DNA of 64,000 nucleotides from Escherichia coli (GTDB taxonomy: Bacteria > Pseudomonadota > Gammaproteobacteria > Enterobacterales > Enterobacteriaceae), in NCBI RefSeq assembly GCF_030013595.1, contig NZ_CP122769.1; one strand, 5' to 3'. Below the pieces are notes generated by a model, which was not told where the DNA came from, searched no databases, and saw nothing but the letters and a program-made list of their open reading frames with translations. Positions 11,797-21,455 of this stretch are shown here, piece by piece. Every line of letters starts with the position of its first letter. The first letter of the stretch is position 1. The position numbers and the translations under genes were made by a program.

Positions 11797-12777
11797 ATGA
11801 GCCTGGAGAAACGTATGAGTTATGACGATTTGCCCTATTTTCGTGACCAGATTCTGGAACGTATCGACTCGCTTAAGTGTTTTCTTTCGAACACCCCCCC
11901 GCTGATGGCAAACCTGATGACTGTCTCCACCGTATCTCGAACAGAAGAGCGACTGAAGCAGGTTAAACCCATCAGGGTTAGTGTTAAAGACGATGCTTCG
12001 GTTGAGGAAATTATTCAGGCACTTACTGACATCTGTGTGGATGACATAGAGTCATTAAGTCATGATTCCACCAAAGTGACCACTAAATACCCGGGTCTTA
12101 TCATTGTCCCAGAAAGAGCAGATCTTCTCGAAAGCTTGATCACATCTATAAATGAAGCAAAAAATGATTTTGCTGCGGCAATGAGGCGTATCGATAATAA
12201 AAAGAATGTCCGTTTTGATAAAGTGCACAAGAAGCTCCCGGGCCTTGTCGCTATGCACTCAACAAGAAATGTCCTTTTCATCAAGTCCCAGCTTAAAAAA
12301 GTTACTTTTTCATGGCGGCTAAACCGAAACCAGGAAGTTAAAACAGCAGAGCAACTTGTGAGTTTGTTGGAGCGCAGGAGAGCCTCAGAAGTAAAAAATG
12401 TAGCAACTACCAATTTGAATGTCGTGTCTAATATCGATAAGGCTTTACACCGTCTTGAATTTCACCCACTGAAGCAGGGCGAATCTTATCGCCTTTGTCG
12501 AACTAACTCTTTCCCTGTTCCGATTGCTCACATTTTTGCATTTAGGCCTGAAGGGCAGGAACGAAACGGGAATAAATATGCTGAGACTGATTATTCAGTA
12601 GTAAAAGCATCCTTGCCCATTTTCGCAGCAGGCAACATACCTCAATTAAAAACGCTCTCTGACTGGGCTCCTGAAAACAGCCAGGGCCCGTCCAACCAAC
12701 GGAAGCTGAGCCTGAAATATACAGAACTCGTGCCGGGGGCTGAGCTGGGCATTTTCATTGTCAGCCCCGAAAATTAA
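11797..12777 (+). CDS. Tus-like replication terminus-binding protein homologue
   Basis: Segment FDKVHKKLPGLVAMHSTRNVLFIK..FSWRLNRN recalls the E. coli Tus region [29 protein letters not shown] (from memory); similar length. Confidence 0.5.
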   Translation: MSLEKRMSYDDLPYFRDQILERIDSLKCFLSNTPPLMANLMTVSTVSRTEERLKQVKPIRVSVKDDASVEEIIQALTDICVDDIESLSHDSTKVTTKYPGLIIVPERADLLESLITSINEAKNDFAAAMRRIDNKKNVRFDKVHKKLPGLVAMHSTRNVLFIKSQLKKVTFSWRLNRNQEVKTAEQLVSLLERRRASEVKNVATTNLNVVSNIDKALHRLEFHPLKQGESYRLCRTNSFPVPIAHIFAFRPEGQERNGNKYAETDYSVVKASLPIFAAGNIPQLKTLSDWAPENSQGPSNQRKLSLKYTELVPGAELGIFIVSPEN

Positions 12778-12786
12778 GGAACAACA

Positions 12787-13692
12787 ATGCAATGGATTTC
12801 CACAGCCAGCCAGAAAATCGATGAGCGTCTCTATCGTGTCTGCGTCTGGGTAAAAAAATATCACGCTGATGCGATTAACCGCGTTGTGCTTACCGTTGAT
12901 CTAAGTAAAGCCCGACATGACCCTGACGAGGACCAGGTAAGAGCAGAGCTGCTGTGCGGCCATTATTTTTTGCTTCGTAAGGAAAACGCTTCGAACTCTG
13001 CGCCTGACGATCAAAAGTTTGCTTTCCTGCCTGACGGGCGCAATCTGTGTTGGCAGACCGCAACCCCGGTGCTTCAGCATCTCCTGCTCAATAAAAACGT
13101 TCCTGAGTCGCTGAGGTTGCTTACGGACTACATACATATGCGTCTGGCCAGGCTGACAATGGTACCAATGTCCGGAACCATCATGAACGAGGCTCTGCTG
13201 GACAGCATCAGCTGGGTTAAGGTGGATTTGACCTACTTCTGGCAGTATGAACAGCTCAGCTCTCATCTGGGACCCATCCAGATAACCCACAAGGCACTAG
13301 TACGCTTCGGGCATCTGGCAAAGAATGATGAAAACTCCAGTGCCATAAGAATCCTGCGTCAGCGTCTGTCTTCAGAATTCTTACAAGAATTTCAGATGGC
13401 TGAGGATGAGCTAAAGCGCAAACAGTCGTTGATGGGCACCATGGACGTGAAAATGCTGTTTCATGCTCATTACCCCAGCCAGAAGATGCTGGTGGCTCGA
13501 TATAAAAATGGTTGGGTAATGGTGGATTGTTTTCTGTTTCATCATACCAAACCTAAGAAAAAAGCAAAAAACAAAACTACTGTGGCTAAGCCTCAACTTA
13601 AAGAGACTAAAAGAGAAGGGAGTGAAAATGGAACTGGGCATTATGGTGTGCATCGTGTTGTTACTCTCCGTGGCGGCGGCGTGGATCAGTAA
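12787..13692 (+). CDS. hypothetical protein
   Basis: 301-aa ORF with Lys-rich C-terminus. Confidence 0.5.
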   Translation: MQWISTASQKIDERLYRVCVWVKKYHADAINRVVLTVDLSKARHDPDEDQVRAELLCGHYFLLRKENASNSAPDDQKFAFLPDGRNLCWQTATPVLQHLLLNKNVPESLRLLTDYIHMRLARLTMVPMSGTIMNEALLDSISWVKVDLTYFWQYEQLSSHLGPIQITHKALVRFGHLAKNDENSSAIRILRQRLSSEFLQEFQMAEDELKRKQSLMGTMDVKMLFHAHYPSQKMLVARYKNGWVMVDCFLFHHTKPKKKAKNKTTVAKPQLKETKREGSENGTGHYGVHRVVTLRGGGVDQ

Positions 13693-13972
13693 TAAGACAG
13701 TTGATTTGCTCGAAAGATTCTATTTCAAGCGTCCGCTGAGCATGGAGTACGCGGCATGGCTACGTGTAATGTGTGCAGGCTTGTTATTGGTTTTTATTCA
13801 GGTTGCTCCACAATTTACACTTCTGTATACCCTTAAACTTGTCACGCTTATTAATCTTGGAATCCAGACAATGAAATTAAATGGCGTGTACAAATATAAA
13901 AGAACGGGAATTTTGCCTCCGGGAGGGGCACTCTCTAATCTCACCAGACTTAACCCGTTCAAGAAAAAATAA
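13628..13972 (+). CDS. small hypothetical membrane protein
   Basis: Two hydrophobic helices (MVCIVLLLSVAAAWI, MCAGLLLVFIQ). Confidence 0.35.
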   Translation: MELGIMVCIVLLLSVAAAWISNKTVDLLERFYFKRPLSMEYAAWLRVMCAGLLLVFIQVAPQFTLLYTLKLVTLINLGIQTMKLNGVYKYKRTGILPPGGALSNLTRLNPFKKK

Positions 13973-13993
13973 AGTTATGCGCCCGTGAGGGCG

Positions 13994-15184
13994 CTATTCA
14001 TCAAAGGCATTTCGCATAAGCTTGATCATTGCTTTTTTACCAGCTTCAATATTACGAATGTAGCGCATAACCATTTCTTCATTCGACCAGTTCCCCATTT
14101 CCATAATCTGTGGTAGCGAGTAACCTTCAATATTTAGCTGTATCGCTCCGCCTACACGAACGCTGTGCCCTGTCCAGTAACGAGTTTTAGTCTCATTTGG
14201 ATAAAGCTCATTCCACATCTCTTTAAATGCTCGTAAAAGGGAATTTTTGCTGAGCATACCGGCATCGTCCACAGTGTCTTCTTCATCTTCATCTTCATCG
14301 TTCAGAAGACTTTGCTTAGCACGATAGGGTAGGTTATGCCTTTTAAGAAGTTCAGATAGCTCATTCCCCTTACTCCGAAGCTTCCAGCCGGGTGGCATAT
14401 AGCCTGTATCATGGAAATTTACGGCCTGGAAAAGGAATTCATCCGGATGACTGTGCTGATCCATTTTCACGAGGTTCATCAATCTCAAGAGGCAGTTAGT
14501 TAACTGACGTGTCAGCCGGTAGGTAAGAAGTGTACTAATGTTCGTTTTTGTACGGTATACCGTCAGGTTAAATTCACCGGTCATACTATCCAGAGACAGA
14601 TCTTTCAGACGTATACGTCGAATTTCGGATGAACGGAGCAGTGTTTCAAAGCCTGTCCAGATCAGGCACAGGTCACGAAGTTTACGAACTGAGTTTGTAG
14701 TACTGCGTAACTTTATCAGAGCCTTGAGATCGCCAATAAGAAAGGGAGTTGCCTGTTTAGTCGTCTTTCGCTTCCGGGCTTCCGATTGTTTTAAGGCTTC
14801 CAGCATGTACCATGCTTCAGACGTAATAATCCCGGGCAGGTTAAGCCCTTTTTTATGGATACTATTTAAGGCCTGAAGACAGCTGTTTATGCTGCTTCGT
14901 GACAATTTGCCTTCAAGATGCCCCATAAACGCAAGCAGAGCGTCCTCAGACACGGGGAGCGAACTTACTGGCCAGTCTGTATGCAACCGGGCATTCGCCA
15001 GATACCATTCGTTCCATACTCGTAGCCAGTGCAGATAGGTTTTAGCAGTGTTGTATCTCAGATGGGAAAAGTAACGGATCAAGCGTGAAAGCTGTTTATC
15101 ATGGTTGCCGAACGTTTCCAGCTGCTGATGCAATTCGCTTTCCGAAAACTGTCTGATCACTGATTGATTCTTCATCCTGCTCAC
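13994..15184 (-). CDS. tyrosine site-specific recombinase (phage integrase family)
   Basis: C-terminal catalytic region GHSVRVGGA..LPQIMEMGNWSNEEMVMRYIRN (R..H..R..Y signature). Confidence 0.75.
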   Translation of the reverse strand: MSRMKNQSVIRQFSESELHQQLETFGNHDKQLSRLIRYFSHLRYNTAKTYLHWLRVWNEWYLANARLHTDWPVSSLPVSEDALLAFMGHLEGKLSRSSINSCLQALNSIHKKGLNLPGIITSEAWYMLEALKQSEARKRKTTKQATPFLIGDLKALIKLRSTTNSVRKLRDLCLIWTGFETLLRSSEIRRIRLKDLSLDSMTGEFNLTVYRTKTNISTLLTYRLTRQLTNCLLRLMNLVKMDQHSHPDEFLFQAVNFHDTGYMPPGWKLRSKGNELSELLKRHNLPYRAKQSLLNDEDEDEEDTVDDAGMLSKNSLLRAFKEMWNELYPNETKTRYWTGHSVRVGGAIQLNIEGYSLPQIMEMGNWSNEEMVMRYIRNIEAGKKAMIKLMRNAFDE

Positions 15185-15345
15185 CGGGATACACTGGTTT
15201 TAATTACAGGTCATTTTAGCACTCATGTACCTGGTTATGAACAGGGTGGAAACAACGAAAAAGGTTGTGAAATCGTTAGGCTTAAGTGAAAAATGATATT
15301 AAGATTATCCTTGGCCAGTTGAGGCCTGTCTAAAGAAGGTTGATT

Positions 15346-15558
15346 ATGTCTGACACAAAGCAGTCTTATTTAATGAAATTCCGTAAGTGTAGTTCGTTCG
15401 AAACGCTCGAAAAAGTATTTGAAAGGTTATGTGAAAAAAACTCGGGTGTCGCCTCTCTTGAAATTTCTGGTGCTTATGATCATCGTAAAGCCGAACTGAC
15501 AATGAAAAAGTTATATGACAAAGTTCCTGCGAGTGTGTGGACCTTTGTTCGCGAGTAA
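15346..15558 (+). CDS. hha: Hha/YmoA-family expression modulator
   Basis: YLMKFRKCSSFETLEKVFE ... DHRKAELTMKKLYDKVPASVW closely matches Hha (..LRRC..ETLERV.. ADHRLAELTMNKLYDKIP..VW). Confidence 0.85.
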   Translation: MSDTKQSYLMKFRKCSSFETLEKVFERLCEKNSGVASLEISGAYDHRKAELTMKKLYDKVPASVWTFVRE

Positions 15559-15888
15559 TTATTAATATTGGCACAACAAAAAGACTGTGCCTGGATTTGA
15601 AAATAGTTTATGCCCCTTTCGGGGCTAAAGGCATTGTAATAGCCTGTCTTTTAAAGTTGTTTATTAAGTTCGGAGAAAAACTTTAATCATAAGCCAAGCC
15701 CACTGCTAAATACATCCGATATTCTCCTTCATTTTATTAGAAGTGATAAAAGTTACTTTACCTAAACTTCTCTCTCAATATTTGTAAGGCTCTCATTTGA
15801 TTTTTGTCAAACATTAATCTGGAAGACGGAAAAATCATTTCTTTTAATACGTTTTACAGAAATCCTCCTCCGTTATTTCGGATATAGT

Positions 15889-17001
15889 TTGAATCATTAT
15901 CAAAAACGGGGTGCAGCCATGCGTAAGAGTTATACATTTGGTATTCCATTTGGACTCCAGCGTGAATCAGGACTCTTTTTAGATATTACAGAGGTCAGCC
16001 GGGGTATTGACTGTAACTGCATCTGCCCCGCTTGCAAAACTGATCTGTTAGCAAAGCAGGGGGAGGTCAAGCTTTGGCATTTCTCACACAGTACAGCTGT
16101 AGCCGGTGACTGTGATGGTCTGATGGAAGCCATCCGGGGAAAGATTATTGAAGTCATCAACGAGCACCAGGTTCTTGGTTTCCCAAATCTTCTCGCTGGC
16201 GACGATGGTGGGCCGGTTTCACTGAATGAGGTTAGTGGAAGCGGCAGTATGTTCGGAGGCACAGCTGATCTGTTCGTAAAGGTTAATGATTTATGTGTGG
16301 CCGTCTTTCTGGACAGGGATCGCAGCATTTCAGAGAAGTTAACCTTTGACCATCTTCATCCTTCCGAAAGAGTTGCCGCATTGCGTATCGATCTTCCTGA
16401 TATTGAATATGAAATCAGTCAGGTGCAGCTCGGGCGACGTAAAACAACATACAGTGAGTGCATTGAAAGCCTGATCATTGATGAGACCAGTTCCCGGGAA
16501 TGGCTATATCATCCATTAATGCATGAACTTGAATCTGAACCTCTTCAGGAGTATCGGGGACGGGAGCCTTCAGAGGAAGGGCCTCTTCTTCAGCGCCTTG
16601 CTGACTGTAAGATGAAATTGCCTGATATCCTTCCGGGCAGTCATAACGCGCTAGTCAGGTTACAGCAGGATACGATTGTATGTCTGTGTCGGTTAACGGT
16701 TCGGGCTTATGACATCGCTCAGACCGATGAATTTCCTTTGTTCCTTCGCTATTTCAGGTTGCACTGCCTGGAAAACAGCGAACATGTCAGTTACGAAAGA
16801 CTGATCTGCTGGCAGGAAATGATTTCAAAAACCCAGGAAGGCCAGTCCTTGACACAAAACGAACTTGAATATCTTCATGAGATTGTCCGCATCGCCTTTT
16901 ACAATCACCGGCTTAACAATGTCAGTATTTCAGATGTTAAAAACCATGACACTGGAAAGAAGAGCGGCAGGGTAGAGTCACAAAACTATTCACTTTTATA
17001 A
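15889..17001 (+). CDS. hypothetical protein with CoiA-like N-terminal zinc-finger/nuclease-type motif
   Basis: CNCICPACKTDLLAKQGEVKLWHFSH resembles the CoiA-family C-P-x-C ... HFxH motif. Confidence 0.4.
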   Translation: MNHYQKRGAAMRKSYTFGIPFGLQRESGLFLDITEVSRGIDCNCICPACKTDLLAKQGEVKLWHFSHSTAVAGDCDGLMEAIRGKIIEVINEHQVLGFPNLLAGDDGGPVSLNEVSGSGSMFGGTADLFVKVNDLCVAVFLDRDRSISEKLTFDHLHPSERVAALRIDLPDIEYEISQVQLGRRKTTYSECIESLIIDETSSREWLYHPLMHELESEPLQEYRGREPSEEGPLLQRLADCKMKLPDILPGSHNALVRLQQDTIVCLCRLTVRAYDIAQTDEFPLFLRYFRLHCLENSEHVSYERLICWQEMISKTQEGQSLTQNELEYLHEIVRIAFYNHRLNNVSISDVKNHDTGKKSGRVESQNYSLL

Positions 17002-17167
17002 ATAACTTGGGCTTTGCGCATTAAACCCTTGCCGCAGGCGGTGTACCGCATATCCGGCACAGACAGTCAGTTTTTTCTGGCAGCTTAAATTTGACACTGC
17101 TTAATATAGTGATTCATTAAACAGGTTCAGTATGCTGCCAGAACGTTTTAGTCGTAATGGGCGTCCG

Positions 17168-18721
17168 TTAGTTTTCAACTAACTGAACGACGACCAGCCT
17201 GCCGCCTTCCTCCTTTGACAGAACAAACTGAGCGTTATTCGTCAGTTCAATTTTTTCCCCAATGGCAATCTGTCGTTTATCCGGTAATGACATAAGCCCA
17301 TTTATGCCTTCATTTACTAACCACCACTGATCGTTATGGAAAACAAAATACCCAACTCGTTTCCTTTGTGCATCGGTTGTGCGCTCATTTGGCGCAATGA
17401 GGCGATTCACATGCCACGCATAGATTGACTGCCCGCTCCACACCATCAACCGGTGGTCGTCAGGACGATAACTGCCTTCCTTTCGGGATGAATATAAATT
17501 TAGAACCGGTAATTTACCCTTGTATGGCGTACCGCAGTAGGGACAAACCGGCTTTGTCTTACCTGAGAAAACGTACCATTTCTGTTCACACGCCTTGTTC
17601 TGGCAGGGCTGTATCAGATCGACTGTTTTAACCAGGGCACTTTCCCACTCATCGGCGGTCGGGCGTTTATTGGCATCGTGTAAGCCATCAATAAAGGCGC
17701 GTTCAAACAAAGGCGTCAAATAAGGGCCCATGATGGTGTAAGGAATTTTCTCCGGGTCAGCCCAGGGCAGTGAAAAGGAGGATATCTGACTGACTTTGAC
17801 TGCATTGCTTTTGTCTGTCGGATGTTCAATGAAGAGTGCCTTCTCACCCATAGATAAGGTCTCATCACGTACTTCATCCGACATGTCATGTATTTTTCCG
17901 CCACGTAGCGGATGACGGAAGAACAGATACATGTAGATAAGCACCGACAGCGCATGACGGTCAGTAGAAATGCTTGGCAATACGCGGTTCGGATCCTCTT
18001 TGGAAAGATGGCTGGTTTTCACCACTTCCGGAGCGATAAAATCCGGGGTGCCCACGACGTCGGGAGGATACTTTCCAGGGACAACCAGGCCGTCTACGTC
18101 AATGATGCAGGCATGTCCCATTTCTGGATCGATAAGCACGTTTTTATAGCTTAGATCGCTGTGACAGAGACCTGCCGCATGCATCCTTCTGACGGCTCTT
18201 GTTAGCAGCAGACAGACCTTGAGATAGGTAAGCGTATTGCCTCGTTCACGTGGGTCGAGAAATTTATTCTGGTTGCTGGCGCTGGCAAACCATTTGCCTT
18301 CCTTTTCACGGCCTTTTATGCCAAGAAAATCATCGTTTTTAGAGCCGTATTTAAAGAAAAAGTAGCTTTTGTAGGTTGGAACCACGATGCCGATTTTATC
18401 CCCATGCTCAACAACGTGGGTCGGCCAGCAAAACAGGTCCTTCCAGTATTCACCTCCGGACTGGCCAAAAATGTTTTGCCTGTAGCGTCCGGTGATCATA
18501 TCAATCCGATCCCGGGCCTGCTCGTTCTGCGGTTTATGATAAAAAGCGACGACGTATGATTTATCAGGCGAGAAGTAAACATCCTTCATCGAGCCCGAAC
18601 CAATTACCTCGTCAACATACTGGACTGTTTCGCCGTCCTTTGTTTTGCACGTAACAATATTTGCCATATTGATCACCGAAGAAGCGTATCCCTTACCACA
18701 ACACCGCAATAGTGCGGTCAT
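17168..18721 (-). CDS. Ser/Thr protein kinase with C-terminal zinc ribbon and FHA-like domain (ter-linked)
   Basis: Catalytic loop HSDLSYKNVLI, DVDG (DFG-like), GTPDFIAPE; CQNKACEQ..CPYCG zinc ribbon; WWLVNEGINGL FHA-like; alternative start at 18667 (MANIVT) avoids overlap with phosphatase gene. Confidence 0.8.
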   Translation of the reverse strand: MTALLRCCGKGYASSVINMANIVTCKTKDGETVQYVDEVIGSGSMKDVYFSPDKSYVVAFYHKPQNEQARDRIDMITGRYRQNIFGQSGGEYWKDLFCWPTHVVEHGDKIGIVVPTYKSYFFFKYGSKNDDFLGIKGREKEGKWFASASNQNKFLDPRERGNTLTYLKVCLLLTRAVRRMHAAGLCHSDLSYKNVLIDPEMGHACIIDVDGLVVPGKYPPDVVGTPDFIAPEVVKTSHLSKEDPNRVLPSISTDRHALSVLIYMYLFFRHPLRGGKIHDMSDEVRDETLSMGEKALFIEHPTDKSNAVKVSQISSFSLPWADPEKIPYTIMGPYLTPLFERAFIDGLHDANKRPTADEWESALVKTVDLIQPCQNKACEQKWYVFSGKTKPVCPYCGTPYKGKLPVLNLYSSRKEGSYRPDDHRLMVWSGQSIYAWHVNRLIAPNERTTDAQRKRVGYFVFHNDQWWLVNEGINGLMSLPDKRQIAIGEKIELTNNAQFVLSKEEGGRLVVVQLVEN

Positions 18722-20333
18722 CGTGGTTCCCTGTGGAGAAAAAGTTAAGCCAGTCGCCTAACCTCTCAGGCGCAATACTGGCGTCTGTAAGGACAGGGAT
18801 GAGCTCATCAAGGAGACGGGTCCATTTTTCGTCACTGCGAAGCCCGTTATCTGTCTCAAACAGAGGGTCTGATACGCCATCTGTCATGAGGATCAAGTGA
18901 GATACATCATTCCATTTACCCACGCTGATGCGGCCGCTAAACGAGGGGTCTGCGATAATGCTCTGGTCAAGAAAGCGGGTTTGTCCTGCGTATTCTCCGC
19001 TATCGGGATTTCCCAGTATCCTGACTTTACCGGAAGGGCTGTATGCACCTATCGCACCATCACCAAGCCAGAATGCAGCCGCAAACAGCTCGTTATCAGT
19101 TCGTAGCGCTACAGTTGCCAGTAGGGTTGTTGAATAGGATTTCACAGGTTGTTCTGCACAAATGGCTTCGTTCTGGATACTGTTGACCGCGAGCGTAGCT
19201 GCCTGTTTAAAATGATGAAGCATGGCGTTTATGGTTGCCTGCTGATCGCTCCCTTCCCACGCCGTGATGTGCTGCTTTAGATGGACGCCTTTCAAACCAC
19301 TGAGCTGATTGAAAAGGTAATCGCCAGCCGTTTGGACTGCAATCCGGGAGCCTTCCCGGGAATTTACCGCACTACCGGCCCCGTCTGCGACCAGCATGAC
19401 AGACCATCCTGTTTCCTGGCAGTGGTTGATATAGAAGTCGTCATCTCTGAAGCTCCCGGCATGCTCATGAGATCGTCCCCGGCGACTGGCGGCAGCAATA
19501 CGTATGTCACCCCTGACCAGGCCAGCAGCGTCCAGATGGGACTTAGGGTAGGAAGCGTCTGCTGGTGGCTCTACCACCTTCCACAGGCTTCTCGGATCGG
19601 GATTGACTATAAAAAGCTGTTTTGTTTCGCATTCGTCGTGCGAAGCGCATGACCAGAGTACTGAAAGCTCTATATCGCCGCTTTCGGTGGGTGTACCTGT
19701 CAGCAACTTATGCTCTTTGTCAAAGGTCAGGCCAATGTTCCTGGGAAAGACAACGTCCCTGACAGTAGCCTGCTGGCCCTCATCCAGAACTATAGCAACC
19801 GGCGAAGAGAAACGTTCGCCTGCGCGGGCGTTGGGAATAACTATTTTAGCTCTCGGGGGAACGGCAGGTGGCACAGCTAATCCGGCCCGCTGCTGGCCTG
19901 TCGGTATCTGCCCGGGTTTTAATACCAGGGAAGACAGGTTTTCGTCTTCCCTCTGTGCTGGTTTATCAAATTCGTAATAAGGCATCAGCTTCCAGAACGG
20001 AGGATGAGGTTCATTTTCTGGCAGGGGTTGCAGTAATGGTGTATCGGTAGCGTCAATGCCCGGGTTATCAGCATCACTTACGACCGTTTGTTGCTGATCG
20101 GAAAGGCTGGATGCTGACGAGGGGGCGATCTCTGCGTCGTTATAACCTTCGCTAACCCGCGCAGATAAACCCTGTGCAAGGCTCTCAATCCGCTCTTTAA
20201 GCCGCATAATCTCTTCAGTAAGGGAAGGGTCGTGCGATAGAAGAAAAAGCCGCTCACCTTCTACAGGGTGGCCCAGCTCAGACAGCACTAAGCGGATAAT
20301 CTTCTCTTCAAGTAAAACATTTTGCGACATCAA
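18693..20333 (-). CDS. PP2C-family Ser/Thr protein phosphatase (ter-linked)
   Basis: PP2C motifs RRGRSHEHAGSFRDDDF, VADGAGSA, LILMTDGVSD. Confidence 0.8.
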   Translation of the reverse strand: MMSQNVLLEEKIIRLVLSELGHPVEGERLFLLSHDPSLTEEIMRLKERIESLAQGLSARVSEGYNDAEIAPSSASSLSDQQQTVVSDADNPGIDATDTPLLQPLPENEPHPPFWKLMPYYEFDKPAQREDENLSSLVLKPGQIPTGQQRAGLAVPPAVPPRAKIVIPNARAGERFSSPVAIVLDEGQQATVRDVVFPRNIGLTFDKEHKLLTGTPTESGDIELSVLWSCASHDECETKQLFIVNPDPRSLWKVVEPPADASYPKSHLDAAGLVRGDIRIAAASRRGRSHEHAGSFRDDDFYINHCQETGWSVMLVADGAGSAVNSREGSRIAVQTAGDYLFNQLSGLKGVHLKQHITAWEGSDQQATINAMLHHFKQAATLAVNSIQNEAICAEQPVKSYSTTLLATVALRTDNELFAAAFWLGDGAIGAYSPSGKVRILGNPDSGEYAGQTRFLDQSIIADPSFSGRISVGKWNDVSHLILMTDGVSDPLFETDNGLRSDEKWTRLLDELIPVLTDASIAPERLGDWLNFFSTGNHDDRTIAVLW

Positions 20334-21370
20334 CCTCTCCCTCTGTTTACGTCGAAGTTAGTGTTTCCGCCATCATTGCTGAATGACAGACCTGTTTCAC
20401 ACCACGGGCAGATCACGTCATCCGGGCCGTCAATGCACAGCAATTTTCCGCATGAGCACAGGGCAAACGCACTGGCATTACCGCAGTGAGGGCAACCCGG
20501 TACGCCATGCAGTTCGCTGGTGTTTACCTGCAAACCGGTAGCGGTGGCATCTGACCATGCAAAATAGTCCTCATCGATGGGATAGCATCCGGCAATATTA
20601 AAGCTGTTCAGGTTCAGGCTGAAATCGAGCCCGGAAATCCTTGCTGGTGGCCGTTCATACTTCATCAGATACGGACGACGGGTCTTGCTGCAACGGCCGG
20701 TAAGCGTAACGCAGTTTTCGTCGTACGCTTTTACTGGCTCGTCCTTGGCCAGCCGGACTATGTATTCAGTCTGGCTGAGCTCAGGTTGTTTGTCGTCTCC
20801 GACGCTGCGGCTGTGCGCCGTAACCGAGGCTGTGATCCATTTGATGAAGCGGGTAAAGTCCCCTTCCTGAGACTCGGTGAACAGCATGACATTCTCTGTC
20901 AGTTGCCGCAGGGTATTCAGGTCCGCTGACGGCCCCAGGCCAACGGCAATGAGATTCACTTTACTCGCGTAGTGATCCTTCCAGCGCTTCACTTCTGCGG
21001 TTGTGTCGTCAGTCGGACGTCCGTCGGTAAGGAGATACACGACGGGTTTCCAGTCGCCTTTAGCCTCATGAGTGGTTTTTCTGACCTGGGTATCAATTTG
21101 TACGGTCAGCTCACGCAATGCGGCCCCAAGGCTCGTACCGCCGCCAACGGGAAGGCGGGGAGGGTAGAACGAGGCAATTTCGTGAAGAGGTACAATCGTA
21201 CGGGCTACACCGGCAAATGCGATTACCGAAACCCAGGCTGTTTCAAGTGCGTGTGGATCCTTTCTTAAATCTCCGATGATCATTTGCAGACCATCAGTCA
21301 TTTTTTTCAGGTTTTCACCAATCATGGACTCTGAACAGTCCAGGACAAAAAACACGGGAAGGCGTCTCAT
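20330..21370 (-). CDS. TerY-like vWA domain protein with C-terminal zinc ribbon
   Basis: MRRLPVFFVLDCSESM (vWA MIDAS motif) ... CPHCGNASAFALCSCGKLLC..CPWC; start assigned to internal ATG (21370) by analogy with the other TerY paralogues. Confidence 0.75.
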   Translation of the reverse strand: MRRLPVFFVLDCSESMIGENLKKMTDGLQMIIGDLRKDPHALETAWVSVIAFAGVARTIVPLHEIASFYPPRLPVGGGTSLGAALRELTVQIDTQVRKTTHEAKGDWKPVVYLLTDGRPTDDTTAEVKRWKDHYASKVNLIAVGLGPSADLNTLRQLTENVMLFTESQEGDFTRFIKWITASVTAHSRSVGDDKQPELSQTEYIVRLAKDEPVKAYDENCVTLTGRCSKTRRPYLMKYERPPARISGLDFSLNLNSFNIAGCYPIDEDYFAWSDATATGLQVNTSELHGVPGCPHCGNASAFALCSCGKLLCIDGPDDVICPWCETGLSFSNDGGNTNFDVNRGRG

Positions 21371-21455
21371 AATTTTCCTCGTACGGCTGGTACGGCCAGC
21401 AGAAAACGTTGCTGTACAGAAAGGTGCTGCCCGGAAAGCAGCACCTTTCTGTCTG

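Noticed and set aside
17425-20050. Plus-strand ORFs of 60-124 aa opposite the kinase and phosphatase genes
   Set aside because: Antisense to genes with clear catalytic motifs; typical high-GC shadow ORFs.
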